Below, piece after piece: positions 57,580 to 64,000 of a stretch of 64,000 nt of DNA. Made by a program: the position numbers and the translations under genes. The stretch is from contig CAYZRW010000011.1 in the NCBI GenBank assembly GCA_964480955.1, forward strand, positions 1,653 to 65,652. The letters run 5' to 3'. Source of the DNA: an uncultured Candidatus Bathyarchaeia archaeon (GTDB lineage: Archaea; Thermoproteota; Bathyarchaeia; 40CM-2-53-6; RBG-13-38-9). The notes below the pieces were generated by a model. That model ran no database searches, was not told the origin of the DNA, and saw only the letters and a list, made by a program, of their open reading frames with translations. The first letter of the stretch is position 1; each line of letters starts with the position of its first letter.

Positions 57580-58599
57580 CTATAACCTGCCTCTTCTTGA
57601 AAACCAGGAGGCCGTTCGCCTCAAACCTTCATCAAGCGTTATCTCAGGTTGCCAACTCAAGATCTTCTTTGCTTTGGATATGTCTGGGCATCTTCTTCTT
57701 GGATCATCCTGTGGCATGGGTTGAAATGTTATTCTCGATTCGCTCCTGAGGAGAGCCTTGATCTTCTTGGCTAGTTCAAGTATACTGATCTCTTCTGAAT
57801 TTCCTATATTGAAGACCTCGCTGCGCGCACCATCATTCGTCAGGGCATACAATATCGCTCTGATAGTATCTGTTACGTAACAGAAGGATCTTGTGTGGGA
57901 ACCGTCACCGTATACCGTTATGTCACGACCTTCAGTTGCTTGCGTTATGAACCTTGAGACGGCACGTCCGTAGAGGCCCTCAGACCTGAGCCTAGGACCA
58001 TACGTGTTGAATATCCGAACGATTCGGACATCGAGGCCGTATTTTCTCTCGTAAGCTTTGGATAATGCTTCGCTGAATCTTTTACTCTCGTCGTATGGTG
58101 ATCGCGGCCCTATAGGATTTACATTTCCCCAATAGCTTTCAGGGGTCGGAATGATCTTTGCATCCCCATAAATCTCTGAGGTTGACGTGAAAAGGAATAT
58201 AGCCTCATGCTTTCTAGCAATTTCTAGCGTCTTCAGTGTTCCCATGGAGTTTGCCCTCAGGGTCTCTACTGGATGAGCCTGATAGTCTTCTGGGGAGGCT
58301 CTGCTGGCAAGGTGGATTACAAATTTGAACCTGTCACGTGAGACTCTTAGTTCCTCGATGTCGCTGCGTATGAATCTGAATTTACGTGATTTCTTAAGGT
58401 GTTCTATGTTACTGAAAGAGCCTGAGGAAAGATTGTCGACGCAAGATAGGCTGGCGTTCATCTTGACTAGTGCGTCGGAAAGCCAGCTTCCGAGAAAGCC
58501 GGCACCTCCTGTTATCAGAATTTTCTCGCCACTGAAGGGCTTGGCCTCAGAAGCTCTACAAGCATTTTCCAGATCCTTGAGGATTATTTCGTCAAGCAT
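57580..58599 (-). CDS. UDP-glucuronate decarboxylase (UDP-xylose synthase)-like SDR
   Basis: TGGAGFLG, HLASRASP, STSEIYGD, YWGNVNPIGPRSPYDESKR, QTR-like GDGSHTRSFCYV, DDPRRRCPDI. Confidence 0.85.
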   Translation of the reverse strand: MLDEIILKDLENACRASEAKPFSGEKILITGGAGFLGSWLSDALVKMNASLSCVDNLSSGSFSNIEHLKKSRKFRFIRSDIEELRVSRDRFKFVIHLASRASPEDYQAHPVETLRANSMGTLKTLEIARKHEAIFLFTSTSEIYGDAKIIPTPESYWGNVNPIGPRSPYDESKRFSEALSKAYERKYGLDVRIVRIFNTYGPRLRSEGLYGRAVSRFITQATEGRDITVYGDGSHTRSFCYVTDTIRAILYALTNDGARSEVFNIGNSEEISILELAKKIKALLRSESRITFQPMPQDDPRRRCPDISKAKKILSWQPEITLDEGLRRTASWFSRRGRL

Positions 58600-58617
58600 T
58601 GATCGTGACCAGACTCT

Positions 58618-59493
58618 TTACGTGGGCAGTCCAGATTTTCCCGTGGCGTAATCGTAGGAGGTTTTCAGCGCATCCCAATACATTTCGGGATCGCCAATGT
58701 CGAGTCTGATTTCATCAGGTCTCAGCTTAGTTGCGTAGACCTTCGATCCCCACTCTATCAGAGTCTGCATGGCATCGGTCAACTGTATCTCGCCGCTCTT
58801 CCCGGGGCCAGTCTTTTCTAGGGCCTTGAATATCACAGGGTCAAATATGTAGACTGGCATTATGGCCAGGTTGGATGTGGGCCTTTCGGGTTTCTCTACC
58901 AAGCTCACGACCTTCAGCGAGTTTCCATCCGCCTTCTCAACTTCCGCAACACCGTACTGCCTGGGGTCTTCAACTTCCTGGAGTAGGAGCATGACCTCTG
59001 CATCCAATCTCTTGTACTCACTCATTAGTTGCTGTAGATGGGCGTCACCCTTCGATATTATGTAGGTGTCACCTGCATGAACTAGGAATCTCTCATTGCC
59101 AATGAGGGGTCTGCTCCTCAGTACCGCGTCGCCGAACCCCTTCGGCTCGGGCTGATTCACCCAGACTATCTTTGACCTCTCCAACCTGTTGTAGAAACTC
59201 ACCAGGTCAGAAGCCGATATATCCTTGCCTTTGTCTTTCAGCATATTCAGATAGCCTTGGTCTTGAGTGAAGTGGTCTTCGATGGCCCTTTTTCCCCGGC
59301 CTATTATGAAGCAGAATTCCGCTATGCCGAAGTCATATAGATTTTCAAAGATCAGCTGTACAAGCGGTTTGAGACATACCTGACCGTTCGGTCCATTGGC
59401 GAAGACTGGAAGCATCTCCTTTGGCTGTTCTTTCGTGGTTGGCGTAAGCCTAGTCCCCAGACCCGCCACGGGAATTACGGCCTTACTGATCAC
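58618..59493 (-). CDS. galU: UTP--glucose-1-phosphate uridylyltransferase
   Basis: KAVIPVAGLGTRL.P.TK..PKEMLP, QPEPKGFGDAV, VEKP, GEIQLTDA; GTG 59493. Confidence 0.88.
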   Translation of the reverse strand: MISKAVIPVAGLGTRLTPTTKEQPKEMLPVFANGPNGQVCLKPLVQLIFENLYDFGIAEFCFIIGRGKRAIEDHFTQDQGYLNMLKDKGKDISASDLVSFYNRLERSKIVWVNQPEPKGFGDAVLRSRPLIGNERFLVHAGDTYIISKGDAHLQQLMSEYKRLDAEVMLLLQEVEDPRQYGVAEVEKADGNSLKVVSLVEKPERPTSNLAIMPVYIFDPVIFKALEKTGPGKSGEIQLTDAMQTLIEWGSKVYATKLRPDEIRLDIGDPEMYWDALKTSYDYATGKSGLPT

Positions 59494-59759
59494 TATGCAA
59501 CACTCCATCTATCGAGTGTCTGTTCTCACATTTCAGAATTCATATAACCTTACAAGCGCTATGGCCGATAATACCTATTTAAATTAGTGGAGAATAAGAT
59601 TCATTCCAGATGCGGCTATCGTTTCGATGGGTCACGGAACCAAATGCACTACAGCCCTTAATAGCTTCAGTCTTCACAGACTCCATATATACGCTACTGG
59701 TACTTTCCTATTTCATAACAGGCTTGAGTCTTCGATAGCGATGTCTTAGGCGCCAGGCT

Positions 59760-60824
59760 ATGAGTTGGAAACGTGGGATTTACGGATCCTTGGATGCTGA
59801 TGCTTTAGGAGCATACAAGAAATTGGGAATCGACGCCGTCTTCTTCGATAGCGCATCAAAGGAGGAAGTGAAGCAGGCCAAGGACGAGGGGTTCAAAATC
59901 TACGTAGCCGTATGGGCTTTCAGAGCCTCTATCGAAGAATTCGGTGTTGAGGATGTTTATGGTGGCAGGAGTCTCTGGGCGGGAGCTGGATGTCCAAATA
60001 ATCCGGCCGTCAGGGAAAATTACATGTTACGCATCAAGAAGGCTTTAGCGAGCCTTGATGTCGACGGAATAGTCTTGGACGGTGTTCGTTTTCCTTCACC
60101 TGGGAGCGGGCGCTCATCATTTCTGACATGCTTCTGCAAGCATTGCTGCAGGAAGGCTGAGACCCTCGGTTATGAGTTGTCTAGAATAAGGAGATTCCTA
60201 GGAGGTCCCCAGGACCCCATGGCTTTCTTTAAGACCCTCGACCGCTCAAGCCCTCTAGTTGAGTGGTTGGATTTTCGCTGTGATTCTATAACAGAGCATG
60301 TGAAGCATGTCAGGGAACATGTTGGCGCCTCATATCCAGAAGCCGAGGTTGGAGCAGCCGTCTTTACACCTAGCTTAGCTACCCTAGCAGGTCAAAGATA
60401 TGTTGAGCTAGGCTCGATTCTTGATTTTGTTCAGTCGATGATCTATAGTAAGGGCGAAGGATTGGCTTGCATAAATTTTGAACTGGCTAAGCTTGTTGAA
60501 GGATTCTCTATCGTTGAGCAACGAACTCCTGCCCTGCAGAATATCTACCAGAATCTCGGTTACTTATCGTTCAATCCCCCCTCAGACACAAAGTCACTTA
60601 TCGAACTAGGTCTTCCTGCAGACGTCATAGGTATAGAGGCTAAGAAAGCAAAAGGTTTAGTCGGCGCAAACAAAGCTAGATTTACGCCAATAATCTTCAT
60701 ACTTGGAAGCGGCAAAGAAGAGTTTAGAAAAGCTGAGGAACAAGTCATAGATGCAAGTCCTGATGGCGTGGTGTACTTCTCGTACCATGAAGGCTTGGAG
60801 AAAATCCTTGATGGAAGAAACTGA
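59760..60824 (+). CDS. Hypothetical TIM-barrel protein, glycoside-hydrolase-like (GHL10-like)
   Basis: CPNNP.VR...DVDGIVLDGVRFP...CFCKHC...W..FR; DFVQSMIY. Confidence 0.5.
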   Translation: MSWKRGIYGSLDADALGAYKKLGIDAVFFDSASKEEVKQAKDEGFKIYVAVWAFRASIEEFGVEDVYGGRSLWAGAGCPNNPAVRENYMLRIKKALASLDVDGIVLDGVRFPSPGSGRSSFLTCFCKHCCRKAETLGYELSRIRRFLGGPQDPMAFFKTLDRSSPLVEWLDFRCDSITEHVKHVREHVGASYPEAEVGAAVFTPSLATLAGQRYVELGSILDFVQSMIYSKGEGLACINFELAKLVEGFSIVEQRTPALQNIYQNLGYLSFNPPSDTKSLIELGLPADVIGIEAKKAKGLVGANKARFTPIIFILGSGKEEFRKAEEQVIDASPDGVVYFSYHEGLEKILDGRN

Positions 60825-60954
60825 ACCTTTGGCCTCTGCAGTAGTTTCATGTGGGAAGATTGCGCATACGCCAGAGAATGTATTGCACGTAGCGCGCTAG
60901 ATGAAATGGACATGGGAATAGAATATTAGAAGCGTCTTGTCAGTGATACATTAG

Positions 60955-62226
60955 ATGAAGATAGGAGTCTTCGCAGACACCCACATCGGCAGGTGCGTAC
61001 CCAGGGCAATAGGTGAGCTCAGAAGGCAAGCGTACAGACATGCCTTCACTCAAGCCATCGATGTCTTCATCCAAGAAGGAATAGACTACCTGATCCATGC
61101 AGGCGACATGTTTGAGAAACGCAGCATGACCCCAGAAGACAGCGTCTTTGTCAAGGATGAGCTGCAACGCTTAGTTGACTCGATTCGTAATGCACATGGC
61201 AAGGATGTGGTTATGTTTGCGGTTAGGGGGAATCATGATGGAACGCCTGAGAGCAACGCTCTAGACTACATCAAGCATCCGTTAGCCAAATACCTAAAGA
61301 TCGTCGGCGACGGCACCCTTCAGGGAAGAGACGAAGCTCAGGTTCTCGACGACCTGTGCATAGTGGGAGTAGCCTATCACCCCTACATATCCAGACGATT
61401 CGAAAACGTAAGATCAATAGTCAAGAGTAGCTTTGCAGAGAAGAGTGGACTGAAACTGCTCGTAATCCACAACTTCATCGAAGGGTATCACCAGATTCCC
61501 CCAGGAGTTCCTCCACACAGCTTCCTGACTCCCGAGGTGCTAAGAGACCTAGGGGCAGATGTTGTCGTAGCGGGCCATTACCATCCACGGAAGGAACCGA
61601 GAGACGAGGACGGAACAATACTCCTCACCCCAGGCGCCACAGAGGCCGTGGACCTATCTGATGAAGGCTCCTACGGCGTCCACATTCTTGAAGGAAAGGA
61701 ACCAATCCGATTCATTCCGATCATGCCACTACATGAAATCCATAACATCAAAGTAGTCTCCCAAGAAGCTGTGAAGCCCACGAGTTGGTTCATCAACAAA
61801 GCGTCAAAAGAAGCCCGCGCCTACGCATCAAGCGTTCAGGCAAGAGAAGTCGAGGGCATACTCCGACTGGTGCTAATCGGCCTGACAGACGAAGACCCAT
61901 ACAGTATAGAGCAGACCCTCACGCCAGAGTTTGCCAAGATAAGGAGGGCCTCACCTAGATTGTTGCATGTGGAGCTCGTCAACCGGGTGGATAACATTCA
62001 GCAAATCTCTGTCCTGCCAACTCTAGGCGGAGGCGAGGAATTGACCTTGGAGATCCTTAGGCCGCTGGGCGGGTTGGCTCCGGACGCGATGAAGATAGTT
62101 GAGGGAGTACGTATGGCGCTCGATGAGAGGGCTAGCCAAACGACAGGACTACTTACGGGCTCGGACAGGGCAACCTTCGTCTCCAAATGGGTTGACGTCC
62201 TTGAAAAGGTGACAGACCGGGATTGA
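60955..62226 (+). CDS. mre11: Mre11/SbcD-family nuclease
   Basis: ADTHIG, AGDMF, GNHD, IHN, GHYH phosphoesterase motifs. Confidence 0.85.
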   Translation: MKIGVFADTHIGRCVPRAIGELRRQAYRHAFTQAIDVFIQEGIDYLIHAGDMFEKRSMTPEDSVFVKDELQRLVDSIRNAHGKDVVMFAVRGNHDGTPESNALDYIKHPLAKYLKIVGDGTLQGRDEAQVLDDLCIVGVAYHPYISRRFENVRSIVKSSFAEKSGLKLLVIHNFIEGYHQIPPGVPPHSFLTPEVLRDLGADVVVAGHYHPRKEPRDEDGTILLTPGATEAVDLSDEGSYGVHILEGKEPIRFIPIMPLHEIHNIKVVSQEAVKPTSWFINKASKEARAYASSVQAREVEGILRLVLIGLTDEDPYSIEQTLTPEFAKIRRASPRLLHVELVNRVDNIQQISVLPTLGGGEELTLEILRPLGGLAPDAMKIVEGVRMALDERASQTTGLLTGSDRATFVSKWVDVLEKVTDRD

Positions 62227-64000
62227 GCGTCATCATCGAAGAATTGAAGCTTAAGAACTTCGAGGGCTACAAGGAGGCGGAGCTGAAGTTTTACGAAGGC
62301 CTCAACCTCATAAGAGGGAGAAACTCAACCGGCAAGAGTACACTTCTGGACGGCCTAGTCTTCGCCCTCTTTGGCGAAGCTCTTGATGTAAAACCTAGGC
62401 TTCTAGTTTCAAGATTGCCCGGTTCAAGAGTGATGTCGACATACATCAAGTTTCGAAGTCCTCTAACCCGTGATGTGGTTGAGGTTGAGAGAAAAGGAAG
62501 GCTTGACAGTAAGGGAGCCTACAGAACAGAGGAGAGGAAGCTCCAGATCAACGGCGACGAAGTGCAGACTGAGAGCGATGGGCACCTTCGGGCCAGAATC
62601 GTCGAGCTGATGGGAATAAGCCTGAGAAAATTTCTCAACCTGGTATATGTCAAGCAGGATAAGCTGATAGCGATCCTTGAACCCCCAAAAGAGCAGATGG
62701 ACTCCGTGATTGGGATCACCATGCTTAGGGAGCTACGTGAACAGACAGACGAAGCGAGGAAGCACCTGGAAGTGTATGATGGCAAAGACGCTGCCACTGA
62801 GGCGCGGAGCCTCGAGGGCCGCGTCATACCCAACCTGATGTCTGATCTCGGGTTGGTCAAGAATGACATTGATTCATTACGGATGGAAGTTCAGAGGCTT
62901 GAGGACCTAGTCTGGAAAGGTGAGTCTCCAGAATTGACGGAGCTACTGGAGCAGATCCAGGAGAAAGAGGAAACAGAGAGGAAGATGGCGGAACTCGATG
63001 TGAGAGTCCGAGAACTTCTAAGAAAATCCGAGTGCTCCTCACCCGATGAACTTGAACTGAAGACCAGCAGCTGGAGGAAGCGACTGGAAGATCTGAAGTC
63101 GACGAAGAGTGTCGCGGCCGAAAAAGTAGAGGTTTTCCTGAACGCTTGGTCAACATTCAAGGGCCAAGCAGATGTGCTTGAGGACCAGATCAAAGAGCAC
63201 AAATCGCTTCTCCAAAGGGAGGTCTCGAAATGTCCGACATGCGGCCAAGACCTCAACTCCGCAATTCTTCAGAAAATGCTGGAGGAAGATTCAGCTCGGC
63301 TGGAAGAATCAAGATCCAGTGAGTCACGAGCCAGGGAGACATATGAAAAGAAGAAGTCAGACCTCGACCAGCTTAACGAAGAGATTGTCAATACAGAGAA
63401 CATCGTCCAGACCCTGAACTTGACCAAGGATGACCTGAAGAGGTACCTAGACTCAGCCGGTGAAATCTACAGAACACGTGAGCGGCTACATCTAAGGATC
63501 CGTGACACCCTAGGCAGGCTGGGCTTATCCCTCGAGCCGGAGGACTCTGAACTCAAGGTTAAGGTAGCCCAACAACTTCCAATACACCCTGAAGAACTAG
63601 CCAAGAAGAGAAAAGACCTTGATGAGAAACAAAAGGTGCTGCAGGAGAAAATTAGCCGCATGAGGGAACTCGAGGGAGAAATGGAGTCATCGAAAGAGTT
63701 GCTCGCCAAACTGAAGCTGAGAGTCGATAGAGCAAAACTGACACGCAGTCTCTCGCAAAGATTTGACCAGGGGGTGGAAGAAATGAGGAAAGAGTTCCTG
63801 AGGCGTATCGAGTGGAGGGCCCTGGAATACTACAAGACAATGACTGACCAACATGTCTACAGCGCAATCACCATAGACCCAGACGAATACACCGTATGGG
63901 TTCGCCCAAAAGGACTGGCGGAACCTATTCCGGCAACACGGGTTGGAGGAGGCCATCAGAGTCTCCTAGCCCTTTCAGTGCGCCTGGCCTTGCTTGACGC
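62223..64000 (+). CDS. rad50: Rad50/SbcC-family SMC-like ATPase, 3' end outside window
   Basis: Not in ORF track. TTG overlapping mre11 stop; MSVIIEELKLKNFEGY, Walker A GRNSTGKST, Q-loop YVKQ, Zn hook CPTC (63231-63242), signature region VGGGH (63942-63956), all checked in one frame. Confidence 0.85.
   Translation, partial: MSVIIEELKLKNFEGYKEAELKFYEGLNLIRGRNSTGKSTLLDGLVFALFGEALDVKPRLLVSRLPGSRVMSTYIKFRSPLTRDVVEVERKGRLDSKGAYRTEERKLQINGDEVQTESDGHLRARIVELMGISLRKFLNLVYVKQDKLIAILEPPKEQMDSVIGITMLRELREQTDEARKHLEVYDGKDAATEARSLEGRVIPNLMSDLGLVKNDIDSLRMEVQRLEDLVWKGESPELTELLEQIQEKEETERKMAELDVRVRELLRKSECSSPDELELKTSSWRKRLEDLKSTKSVAAEKVEVFLNAWSTFKGQADVLEDQIKEHKSLLQREVSKCPTCGQDLNSAILQKMLEEDSARLEESRSSESRARETYEKKKSDLDQLNEEIVNTENIVQTLNLTKDDLKRYLDSAGEIYRTRERLHLRIRDTLGRLGLSLEPEDSELKVKVAQQLPIHPEELAKKRKDLDEKQKVLQEKISRMRELEGEMESSKELLAKLKLRVDRAKLTRSLSQRFDQGVEEMRKEFLRRIEWRALEYYKTMTDQHVYSAITIDPDEYTVWVRPKGLAEPIPATRVGGGHQSLLALSVRLALLD

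Noticed and set aside
1-64000. rRNA, tRNA, SRP or RNase P genes; cas genes; IS6 or Y1 transposase
   Set aside because: No diagnostic sequence recognised by eye; a tRNAscan-SE/Infernal/HMM run would be needed to exclude short or divergent cases.

Overview
Archaeal chromosomal DNA, about 50% GC. The gene set (aMBF1, PUA protein, aNAC, A-type ATPase A/B/D, POR, group 4 [NiFe]-hydrogenase, AOR, Mre11/Rad50) and BRE-TATA promoters fit an anaerobic TACK archaeon, possibly Bathyarchaeia; the taxonomy is inference. Most of the window is energy metabolism, transport, nickel handling and glycan biosynthesis, with many small pseudogene scars. The strongest observation is a 1,250-bp element (998-2247) whose only gene is tnpB. 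It is bounded by 26-bp terminal inverted repeats starting GGTTCTGT (IS6-like) and a perfect 8-bp target duplication (TCTTTTAG), not IS200/IS605-type ends. A truncated relative at 48051 has the same TIR and the same flank, AACCTTTCTAA, at the same offset. In both cases that flank is the reverse complement of a BRE-like promoter motif, suggesting a promoter-adjacent target that may double as the TnpB TAM. Other candidates are a duplicated structured intergenic motif (37273, 41159), a multibranch fold after glnA, a membrane-arm-less group 4 hydrogenase behind POR, a catalytic-domain-less HydABC/Bfu module with a predicted NADP(H) determinant, a CxxCH-bearing TolB-like surface protein and a short Rad50 with a non-canonical signature. 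No rRNA, tRNA or CRISPR array was recognised. All alignments and translations outside the ORF track were done by eye.
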